The notes under the pieces were generated by a model. That model was not told the DNA's origin. It did no database searches and was given only the letters and a program-made list of their open reading frames with translations. The position numbers and the translations under genes are program-made. A DNA stretch of 64,000 bases from a virus (Duplodnaviria; Heunggongvirae; Uroviricota; Caudoviricetes). Shown one piece after another: positions 21,482 to 29,934 of the stretch; the first letter of the stretch is position 1; each line of letters starts with the position of its first letter. The stretch lies in the IMG/VR virus record IMGVR_UViG_3300017987_000047; one strand, written 5' to 3'.

Positions 21482-22564
21482 ATGGTAGACCGACTAGAAA
21501 TTGATTACTTAAAAAGTTTTCTTTACGTAGAACAGTTCGTAACCTCAAGCCCAGGTAAAGAATTTTTTCTTGAATCCTATGAAGAGGCCTTGAGACTACA
21601 CTATATAACTGGAAATAAGTTTTTTAGCGAAAAGGGAGTAGTTGATAATCCTCCTATTAAACAAATTCAGGGATATAAGATTCGACATCCTTTGGAGGTA
21701 AAAACAAAAAAAGTTTTGCTGTTAGATAGAACAACAGAACCGCTTCGAAGTGTTGGGTGGCATATCCACGAAGGATTAAAGGACCTCGCTGAAAACTTGG
21801 ACTACAAGGCATATAACGAAGAAATAGATTATAAAGACTACGATATTATAATTTCGGTAGATGCCTGGGACCGGCCTAAGGATTTTAATGGGATTTATGT
21901 TCTATACGATACAGAAGCTCTTCATCGTCAAACAAAAAAATTAATAGCAGCAGTTCAAAAATTCGATTATGCCTTTTTATCGACCTTACAAGACGTCGAA
22001 ATTTTAAATTATCTTGGGTACAGTCACGTTTTTTGGGAGCCTCCCGCTGCTAATCCACAACTCCATAAACCTGTCGAAACCCCTCCAAAATTCACAATGC
22101 ATGCCGCTTTTATTGCTACAAACGTCGAAGACCTAAAACGTAACGGGATGAACCGATACGACTTTGTTTCTCAAACAGCATCGGATATTGGTATTTTATT
22201 TGGTGCTGCGGGAGTTGGAAAAAAATATGTTGAAGAATTATGGAAAGCTCCAATCGCCCTAGATAGAACAAATGGCTATAATATTGGGACACGCCCATTC
22301 GAAACTCTCGCTTCCGGTAGATTTTCAATCACAAATATTTTGCAAGAGAAAAACAAGCGAACTGGGCTTAATCTATTATTAACCCCTAATATTCATTACG
22401 GGCTTTATGAAGATAACCCAAAATCCTGTAATGAAGAGATCAAATTTTGGATAAACCGTTCCGACAGGGATGAATTGGCAAGGGAAGCAAGTAATTTTGT
22501 CCATAAATACCATACTTGGAAGCTCCGGCTCGCTTCAATTTTAAGAAAAGTTTTGAATTTCTAA
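21482..22564 (+). CDS. CgeB-like glycosyltransferase
   Basis: AANPQLH, RPFETLASG, HTWKLR. Confidence 0.7.
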   Translation: MVDRLEIDYLKSFLYVEQFVTSSPGKEFFLESYEEALRLHYITGNKFFSEKGVVDNPPIKQIQGYKIRHPLEVKTKKVLLLDRTTEPLRSVGWHIHEGLKDLAENLDYKAYNEEIDYKDYDIIISVDAWDRPKDFNGIYVLYDTEALHRQTKKLIAAVQKFDYAFLSTLQDVEILNYLGYSHVFWEPPAANPQLHKPVETPPKFTMHAAFIATNVEDLKRNGMNRYDFVSQTASDIGILFGAAGVGKKYVEELWKAPIALDRTNGYNIGTRPFETLASGRFSITNILQEKNKRTGLNLLLTPNIHYGLYEDNPKSCNEEIKFWINRSDRDELAREASNFVHKYHTWKLRLASILRKVLNF

Positions 22565-22568
22565 TACC

Positions 22569-23324
22569 ATGCCTAAAATATCATTATTAATTACAACATA
22601 TAAGCGCCCACATTTATTAAAATGGGGCCTATCTTCTATGTTAGAGAAAAAACTTCCCCGATTCTTGGAAATTATAATTTTAAACGATGGCATAAAAGAC
22701 GAAACGGAAAACCTTTGTAAACAGTTTATTCCAAAACTACCTATACGATATATTTTTACGGGGCAGCGAAACTTGCTCAAGGAAGAGCTTCGCCCACCAG
22801 GGTTTGCTTTTAATATTGGTTTTAAACAATCTACCGGGGAGATCATTATTCTTTCCTGTGCCGAGATGTTTCATCTCAACAACGCAATTGTTGAAGTTAT
22901 TAAGCCCGTCTTACAAAACCCAAAACAGATTGGAATTCCAAATGGGAGGGACGATTGGCATAAAAAAGTTTTAACGGCCTTAGAAAACGAAGAGTCCCCT
23001 AATCTAGATGGCTTATTTGACACTGCGACGGAAAAATTAAATAATCATCTACCATTCTTTATGGCGTTACATCGTACTCAGTATGAAGAACTGGGAGGAT
23101 ATGATGAAGATTTTACCGGGATTGGCTTTGAAGATAACGATTTTGTTCATCGCCTCCTAGATTACGGTTGCCCCCAAATACGAACAAAAGCTAAAGTTAT
23201 TCATCTTTGGCATCAAAGGTATTTCGGAAAAATGCAAGGGCGAGAGCATATAAATAGAAAACTATTTGAAGCCCGAAGAGGAAAATTAAAAAGAAACCAA
23301 GGAAAAGAATGGGGGGTTTTATAA
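22569..23324 (+). CDS. GT2 glycosyltransferase with galactosyltransferase-like C-terminus
   Basis: ITTYKR, LNDG, GGYDEDFTGIGFEDNDF, HLWH. Confidence 0.85.
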   Translation: MPKISLLITTYKRPHLLKWGLSSMLEKKLPRFLEIIILNDGIKDETENLCKQFIPKLPIRYIFTGQRNLLKEELRPPGFAFNIGFKQSTGEIIILSCAEMFHLNNAIVEVIKPVLQNPKQIGIPNGRDDWHKKVLTALENEESPNLDGLFDTATEKLNNHLPFFMALHRTQYEELGGYDEDFTGIGFEDNDFVHRLLDYGCPQIRTKAKVIHLWHQRYFGKMQGREHINRKLFEARRGKLKRNQGKEWGVL

Positions 23325-23993
23325 ATGGGATTTTACCCAACCAAAAAACATTATATTGTTTCTCATCCTCAAAAGATTATTTATTGTGTAATCCCTAAAG
23401 TAGCTTGCACGACATTAAAACAAGCGTTAGCGTCTGCCTTAGAGATAAAGAATACGGCCCCCACTTCAATTAAAGAAAATTACTCGCCTCACCACGCACA
23501 ATTTACTTATTTATTAAGGGAGGAAGCGGCTTCTTCAAAATATTTTGATTATTTCAAATTTGCTTTTGTCCGAAACCCTTGGGATAGGCTAGTATCTTTT
23601 TTTGAGGATAAAATTAAGGCAACCCCAGAAGAATATACAAAAAACGGGATATATAGGGAATTAACTCCCTTTAACTTTAATAAAGGTATGTCTTTTTCAG
23701 ATTTTATTTATAAGCTTGAAAAAATCCCTGTTAGGAATGATAATAACCATTTCGCCAGGCAAACGGATTTTGTCAAACACCAAGGGGAATTAATTCCAAC
23801 TTTTATTGGGTATTTTGAAAACCTAAAACAAGACTGGGATAAGGTTTGTAAAAGGTTGGGGATCTCACAAAATCTTAAGCATCTAATGAAAACAAATAGA
23901 AAGACCTATAAAGATTATTATGTAGACGAAACGAAAGAAATTGTTTCTAAGCGTTATGAAGAAGAAATAGACCTTTTTGGGTATAAATTTTAA
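23325..23993 (+). CDS. Sulfotransferase (Sulfotransfer_2 type)
   Basis: IPKVACT, FAFVRNPWDRLVS, HFARQ, FENL, FGYKF. Confidence 0.88.
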   Translation: MGFYPTKKHYIVSHPQKIIYCVIPKVACTTLKQALASALEIKNTAPTSIKENYSPHHAQFTYLLREEAASSKYFDYFKFAFVRNPWDRLVSFFEDKIKATPEEYTKNGIYRELTPFNFNKGMSFSDFIYKLEKIPVRNDNNHFARQTDFVKHQGELIPTFIGYFENLKQDWDKVCKRLGISQNLKHLMKTNRKTYKDYYVDETKEIVSKRYEEEIDLFGYKF

Positions 23994-24712
23994 TGATTAC
24001 TGTTTTTACATCTTGTTATAACCAGGCAAACCACCTTAAAAAAGCAATAGAAAGCGTTTTATCCCAAACGTATACAGATTTTGAATACTTGCTTTATGAC
24101 GATGGCTCAACGGATGAAACTTGGGAAATTATTCAATCCTACGCAAAAAAAGATAAAAGAATCCGTGCTTTTAAACTTGAGAAAATGCCTAATGTTGGGG
24201 TTGTAATTAATAAAAGTATTAAGGATGCTAAAGGAGATGTTTGGACTTGGTGCCCTAGTGACGATCTTTTTCTCCCTAATTTATTAGAGGTTAAATCCCG
24301 TTATCAAGAAAAATATCCCGATTCCATCCTTTACCACAATTGGCATATTATTAATGAAAATGATCAGCCGAGAGGAAGTTATAAAGTTCGGGAGCTTTCT
24401 CCCGAAAAGTTTAATAAGGTAGTTTGGAATGAAAGCCCCATCGGCTTTACAGGAATTTGGATTCCGATGAAGGTCTTTGGGGTCGTTGGGGAATTCCCGG
24501 AACACCTACAGTATAGCGAAGATTTTTATTGGATGATTAAAGCAACAATCCACCAAGTTCCTTTTGTGGGGATTCCTGAATACCTTCATAAAAAGAGAAA
24601 ACACTTTAATACCTTAACTTCAAAAAATATCGATAAAATTATAAAACAAATTCCGAAGATTAGGAAAGACCTAAAAGATTATCGGGAAAGATTAACAAAT
24701 GACAAAAGCTAA
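23993..24712 (+). CDS. GT2 glycosyltransferase
   Basis: YDDGSTD, SDD, EDFY. Confidence 0.88.
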   Translation: MITVFTSCYNQANHLKKAIESVLSQTYTDFEYLLYDDGSTDETWEIIQSYAKKDKRIRAFKLEKMPNVGVVINKSIKDAKGDVWTWCPSDDLFLPNLLEVKSRYQEKYPDSILYHNWHIINENDQPRGSYKVRELSPEKFNKVVWNESPIGFTGIWIPMKVFGVVGEFPEHLQYSEDFYWMIKATIHQVPFVGIPEYLHKKRKHFNTLTSKNIDKIIKQIPKIRKDLKDYRERLTNDKS

Positions 24713-25574
24713 GAACATACCAAAGAAAATTTATTTTTACTGGGGCAATGAAAAAATGTCATGGCTTCGATACATGACTTTATACTCTTTCCGTAAATTA
24801 AACCCTAAATGGAAGATGTATCTATATTTTTGTCCGCCAAATGGAATAAAGACAAAAATTTGGTCTAGCCCGGAAGTTCAAGATTTCTTTATGTATAAGG
24901 GCGAAGACTATTTTTCAAAAATAAAAGAGCTGGACATTGAAATCCTTGAGTGGGATTTATTCCACCCCAGCGACCCAAAAAGCGAAAAATGGAAAAAGGA
25001 AGTTGGGCCCACACATAAAAGCAACTTCTTTAAGTGGAGTAAACTTGCAAAGGATGGCGGGATTTATTCCGACTTGGACGTACTTTATCTTAAACCAATA
25101 AACAAATTTTACAAACAGATAAAAAGCTATGATACTGCTATCTGTTATTATCAAAATTATTTTTCTATCGGTCTATTGGGGTCAAAGCCCAAGAATCCCT
25201 TTTATAATGATCTTTTCTTAAATGGTTTTAAAACAGTTCAGTCCTCAAGTTATCAAAGTGCTGGCGTCCAAAATCTTTATAATCTATTAAGTGGCGAAAA
25301 ACCTAGCGAGAATAAATGGAAAACTTTAATCAATAAGTACCCAGACAACGAGTTTATTAATTTTGGGATGAAGGTTGTTTACCCGTATCAATGGAACCAG
25401 ATGGGCCAAGTTTTCAAAGCGGAAAAGAAAAGTCTCCCGGAAAAATGTATTGGTATCCATTGGTATGCCGGGACTGAAATTGCTCAAAAGTTCAACAATC
25501 TTTTAAGTAAAGAAACTTATAAAGACTATAATAACACTATTTCTTATTTCCTACAAGAAATCTTAGAAAAATGA
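24699..25574 (+). CDS. GT32-like DxD glycosyltransferase
   Basis: IPKKIYFYWG, GGIYSDLDV, IHWY. Confidence 0.8.
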   Translation: MTKAKNIPKKIYFYWGNEKMSWLRYMTLYSFRKLNPKWKMYLYFCPPNGIKTKIWSSPEVQDFFMYKGEDYFSKIKELDIEILEWDLFHPSDPKSEKWKKEVGPTHKSNFFKWSKLAKDGGIYSDLDVLYLKPINKFYKQIKSYDTAICYYQNYFSIGLLGSKPKNPFYNDLFLNGFKTVQSSSYQSAGVQNLYNLLSGEKPSENKWKTLINKYPDNEFINFGMKVVYPYQWNQMGQVFKAEKKSLPEKCIGIHWYAGTEIAQKFNNLLSKETYKDYNNTISYFLQEILEK

Positions 25575-26350
25575 AAGCAATCATAACGGGAATTGGAAAA
25601 ACCGGAACCACTGTAATAGGCCAAAAAACAAGTAATGCTTTAGGCCTTAATTATATCCACGAACCAAAAGATCATGGGAAAATTAAATCCTTTGAAAAGC
25701 TAAAGTCCGGCGTTATTAAGATTAATATCTATTATATTAACGATATCGTTTTTTCACAATTCGATAAAAAAGTTTTAGTGGTTAGAGACCCCAGAGATAC
25801 TTTTATTAGTATGCTGCTTTTTAACCTTTATCGCCCCTGGGAAGGGCAAACGGAAAGGATTAAAAAGATTATTGATTTATTGAAGGGAAAAGAATTAAAT
25901 CCTCAGGGGATGTCGACAATAGGCTTATTTAACAAAATTAACTCCCCCAAGATTAGCGAGTTTAATTTACAACACTTTGCAAGAATGCATAACGACATGG
26001 TTTCTTTCGCAGAAAACCACCCCGACTATTATTTATTACGCTATGAGGATTTTATTCAAGGGAATCTTGTTGAATATGAAAAATATATAGGTTGCAAGAA
26101 ATCGATTAAGTTTAATGAAAATGTTCTGGGGGGTTTTAATTATGTTACTCGAACAAAAGCAAAGGATAACTGGAAAAATTGGCTCTTAGAAGAAGATCGA
26201 AAAGTATTAGAGCCCCTTTTGTTGGGGTACATGAAAACATTTAATTATATGGACAACTGGGAACCTAACACCTCTCCTAAAATTATGCCCGAAAATTGTT
26301 CTGAGTATGTTCGTAAGATTGTAAACTCGAGACGGAAGGATAAGATTTAG
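25571..26350 (+). CDS. Sulfotransferase-like protein
   Basis: GIGKTGTT, HEP, VRDPRDTFIS, YEDF. Confidence 0.75.
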   Translation: MKAIITGIGKTGTTVIGQKTSNALGLNYIHEPKDHGKIKSFEKLKSGVIKINIYYINDIVFSQFDKKVLVVRDPRDTFISMLLFNLYRPWEGQTERIKKIIDLLKGKELNPQGMSTIGLFNKINSPKISEFNLQHFARMHNDMVSFAENHPDYYLLRYEDFIQGNLVEYEKYIGCKKSIKFNENVLGGFNYVTRTKAKDNWKNWLLEEDRKVLEPLLLGYMKTFNYMDNWEPNTSPKIMPENCSEYVRKIVNSRRKDKI

Positions 26351-27030
26351 TGAAAACCTTAGTCCTCGGCTCCTGTAGAGTTTTAGAACCCATACTTAGT
26401 TCCCCAAACTTCGTCCCTTATCCTGGAGGGCATGTTCATTCAACTAGCGAAATTCTTCAAGCTTTTAAAATCATGCGAGGAGAATTAAAACCTCCGGCTG
26501 CCCTAGAAAACTACCTTTATAGAGGATTCGGTTATAAAAAAAATAAGCTAGTAAATTTAAGTAAGATAAAAAATGTTGTGATAGAAGTTAGTTCTATTAA
26601 AAACTATTTTTTTAATGACCTAATTTTACACATTGGGTATGAGGATAATATAAAAAGGGGAGAAATTTCACCCTTGAAAGGGGTTAAACTAGAAAAAGAA
26701 ACCTCTGAAGAAATAGTGAAGAATTTAAAAGAAATTAAATCCGGGTTAGGGGATAAAAAGCTTATCTTCTTTTGCCAAAATAACTTGGCAGGGCTTCCAA
26801 TTCGCTATTTGCTTGCTAATATTTTATCTCAATGGTGTGAAGAAAATAATATACCTTTTATAGACCCAACAAAAATTATTTGTTTATATGGTGTAGAAAA
26901 ATGTTTAAAGACCTTTGATGAAAATCCTTGGATATTAAATTTTGTTACCTTAAACGACGTAAAATACGATACGGAACATTATAAAAAGTTTATGCAGAAT
27001 AAAATAAAAGATATTCTATGCAAAATCTAA
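26350..27030 (+). CDS. SGNH-like glycan-modifying protein
   Basis: N-terminal LGSCR and C-terminal DxxHY. Confidence 0.5.
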   Translation: MKTLVLGSCRVLEPILSSPNFVPYPGGHVHSTSEILQAFKIMRGELKPPAALENYLYRGFGYKKNKLVNLSKIKNVVIEVSSIKNYFFNDLILHIGYEDNIKRGEISPLKGVKLEKETSEEIVKNLKEIKSGLGDKKLIFFCQNNLAGLPIRYLLANILSQWCEENNIPFIDPTKIICLYGVEKCLKTFDENPWILNFVTLNDVKYDTEHYKKFMQNKIKDILCKI

Positions 27031-28091
27031 AAATAATGACAATCTTGGGCACACGCCCCGAAATAATTAGGCTATGTGTACTAATCAAAAAGCTGGATTT
27101 GTCCTGTGATCATATTTTATTGCACACCGGACAAAATTACGATAACGCTTTGCATGATATCTTTTTTCAAGATCTAGATTTAAGGTTGCCTGATATTCAA
27201 CTGACATCAAAAGCAAAAAGTTTTGGGAAACAACTCTCTTTAATTTTATCGAAGGTCGAAAAAGAAATTTTAGAACAAAAACCTGATAAGGTTTTAATTT
27301 TGGGGGATACGAATAGTGGTCTAGCTGCAATTCTTGCAGAAAGGCTAGGAATTCCGGTTTATCATATGGAAGCAGGGAATCGTTGTTACGACTTAAAAGT
27401 CCCCGAAGAAAAGAATAGAAAAGTTATTGATGCCATCGCCTCTTACAACCTCCCATATACGCCGAATAGCCGTGAGAATTTAATTAAAGAAGGTTTTCCC
27501 AAGGAACGGATTTTTACCTGTGGAAATCCTATTTATGAAGTTTTAACTCAATATAAAGAACAAATAGATGAAAGCAATATTTTAGACCGATTTGGGTTGG
27601 TTCCCGGGAAGTTTATTACTGTAACAGCACACCGCGCAGAAAATGTGGATAATGAAAAAAGATTAAGAAATGTTGTCTCGGCGCTTGAAACAATAGCAAA
27701 AAGTTACCCTGTTATTGTTAGCGTGCATCCTAGAACACAAAACAAGATAAAAACTTTTGGGATTAAAACAAAGAATCTGATTATGGAAAAACCTTTTGGG
27801 TTTTTTGATTTCGTAAAACTTGAATCTTCAAGTAAATGTGTTATTACAGACAGTGGTACGGTGCAAGAGGAATGTTGCCTTTTCGATGTCCCAACTATAA
27901 CAATTAGGGATACAACAGAACGCCCCGAAACGGTCGAGTGTGGGAGTAATATTGTTTCAGGGCTTGAAACGGAAGATATTCTTAGATGCTTCAATGTAAT
28001 GCAGGCCGCCAACCTGAAATGGGATTACCCGATTGGGTATAAGGATTTAAGAGTCTCGGATAAGGTAGTTCAATTTTTATTAGGGAAATAG
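27018..28091 (+). CDS. wecB: UDP-N-acetylhexosamine 2-epimerase (WecB/FnlC type)
   Basis: GTRPEIIR, HTGQNYD, GDTNS, HMEAGNR, DSGTVQEE, TERPE. Confidence 0.92.
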   Translation: MQNLKIMTILGTRPEIIRLCVLIKKLDLSCDHILLHTGQNYDNALHDIFFQDLDLRLPDIQLTSKAKSFGKQLSLILSKVEKEILEQKPDKVLILGDTNSGLAAILAERLGIPVYHMEAGNRCYDLKVPEEKNRKVIDAIASYNLPYTPNSRENLIKEGFPKERIFTCGNPIYEVLTQYKEQIDESNILDRFGLVPGKFITVTAHRAENVDNEKRLRNVVSALETIAKSYPVIVSVHPRTQNKIKTFGIKTKNLIMEKPFGFFDFVKLESSSKCVITDSGTVQEECCLFDVPTITIRDTTERPETVECGSNIVSGLETEDILRCFNVMQAANLKWDYPIGYKDLRVSDKVVQFLLGK

Positions 28092-28092
28092 A

Positions 28093-29079
28093 ATGTTTGA
28101 AAACTCTAGGATACTTATAACAGGCGGGACTGGCTCTTGGGGAACGGAGTTAACCACTCAACTTTTAGAAAGATCCCCCCGCGAAATTATTATTTTCTCT
28201 AGGGGAGAGTTAGCCCAGGTGACCATGGAGAGAAAATTTAACGATCCCCGATTAAAATTTATTATTGGAGATATCAGAGACTATAGTGCGGTTTTACGGG
28301 CGACAAAAGAAATTCATTATATTTTTCATTTAGCTGCTCTTAAACATGTTCCTGTTTGCGAATACCAGCCCCAGGAAGCAATTAAAACAAATATAGTTGG
28401 AACTACTAATTTAATTAATGCTGCCATAGAAAATAAGGTTATAAAAGTAATAGACGTCTCAACAGATAAAGCAGTTGACCCCTTAAACTTATATGGAATG
28501 ACAAAAGCTGTGGGGGAAAGACTAACCATCCAAGCAAACCTATTATCTGATTGTACAAGCTTTGTCTGTATCCGCGGTGGAAATGTTTTAGGGTCCAACG
28601 GAAGTGTAATTCCTTATTTTATTGACCAAATTAAAAAAGAAAATAAAGTTAAAATTACAGATAAAAAAATGACCCGGTACTTTATGACATTGCCAGAAGC
28701 AATTCAACTGCTATTCAAGGTAGCAGAACATAGTATTGGCGGCGAAACCTTTGTAATGAATATGCCTTCTTTCAAAATTTTAGATGCGGCTAAAGTTTTA
28801 ATTGATATATATGGAAACGACAAAACAGAGATTGAAGAGATTGGAATTCGGCCTGGAGAAAAATTAGACGAAGTTTTAGTTTCAAAACATGAGGCTGTTA
28901 ACACCTACGAATTTAACAAAGAATACTATTTAATTCTACCCACAATAATACCAAAATTATATGAATCATATAAGCAAAAGAAATTAAATAAAGTTGCTTT
29001 TAGTGAATTTACATCAAAAACTAAACTCTCAAGTATCCCTCGCCTGAAAAAATTATTAAAACAAGGAGGGTTTATTTAA
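28093..29079 (+). CDS. UDP-GlcNAc 4,6-dehydratase (CapD/FnlA/PseB family)
   Basis: TGGTGSWG, HLAALKHVP, STDKAV, YGMTK, GNVLGSNGSV, RPGEK. Confidence 0.9.
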   Translation: MFENSRILITGGTGSWGTELTTQLLERSPREIIIFSRGELAQVTMERKFNDPRLKFIIGDIRDYSAVLRATKEIHYIFHLAALKHVPVCEYQPQEAIKTNIVGTTNLINAAIENKVIKVIDVSTDKAVDPLNLYGMTKAVGERLTIQANLLSDCTSFVCIRGGNVLGSNGSVIPYFIDQIKKENKVKITDKKMTRYFMTLPEAIQLLFKVAEHSIGGETFVMNMPSFKILDAAKVLIDIYGNDKTEIEEIGIRPGEKLDEVLVSKHEAVNTYEFNKEYYLILPTIIPKLYESYKQKKLNKVAFSEFTSKTKLSSIPRLKKLLKQGGFI

Positions 29080-29933
29080 TGAAAATTTTAGTTCTTGGGG
29101 CTGGCGGGATGGCGGGACATGTTATCGCAACTTATCTCTCTGACCAAACAAGCCACGAAATTGAAAAGGTATATCATAAGGGCGTTAACGGGACCTTATT
29201 AGATGTTTTTAATAGAGAAGAATTAGATTCCGTTTTAAATAAATTTAGTTGTGTAGATGTTATTATAAATTGTATTGGTTATGTTGCAGTTAAAAATGCG
29301 GATTTAGAATCGGCTAAGGCAATTTATCTAAATAGCTGGTTGCCGCACTATCTTGAAAATAGTTGCAAAGAAAATAAGATTAAACTGATCCACTTAAGTA
29401 CCGACTGTGTTTTTTCTGGAAGAAAGGGGAATTACGAGGAAGCTGCTGTTACTGATGGCGAGGGAATTTATGCCAGAAGTAAAGCTTTAGGGGATATTAT
29501 CAATAAAAAAGATTTAACTCTCCGGACTTCAATCATTGGCCCAGAGTTAAAAGAAAATGGTACGGGCCTCTTCCACTGGTTTATGACCGAACAGTCTAGC
29601 AAAGTTTTTGGGTACCTAAACGTTTTTTGGAATGGAATTACGACATTAGAACTGGCAAAGGCCATTGCGGTAGCCCTAGACCAAGAGTTAACAGGCCTCT
29701 ACCATTTAGTCCCTCCTGAAACGGTTTCAAAATACGAGCTACTAAAATTATTTAACTCTACTTGGAATAAAGGTAAAACTATTTCTGAGTTTTCCCTTAG
29801 CCAAGAAAACAGAAAAACATTAGTAGATGCTCGGAAGGAACTTAATTATGTTTTTCCAAAGTATAATAAAATGTTGACAGACCAAAAAACTTGGATGAAT
29901 TCTTACCCCCATTTATATCAACAGTATTTATAA
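29079..29933 (+). CDS. RmlD-like NDP-4-keto-6-deoxysugar reductase
   Basis: GAGGMAG, STDCVFSG, YARSK, RTSIIG. Confidence 0.88.
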   Translation: MKILVLGAGGMAGHVIATYLSDQTSHEIEKVYHKGVNGTLLDVFNREELDSVLNKFSCVDVIINCIGYVAVKNADLESAKAIYLNSWLPHYLENSCKENKIKLIHLSTDCVFSGRKGNYEEAAVTDGEGIYARSKALGDIINKKDLTLRTSIIGPELKENGTGLFHWFMTEQSSKVFGYLNVFWNGITTLELAKAIAVALDQELTGLYHLVPPETVSKYELLKLFNSTWNKGKTISEFSLSQENRKTLVDARKELNYVFPKYNKMLTDQKTWMNSYPHLYQQYL

Positions 29934-29934
29934 A

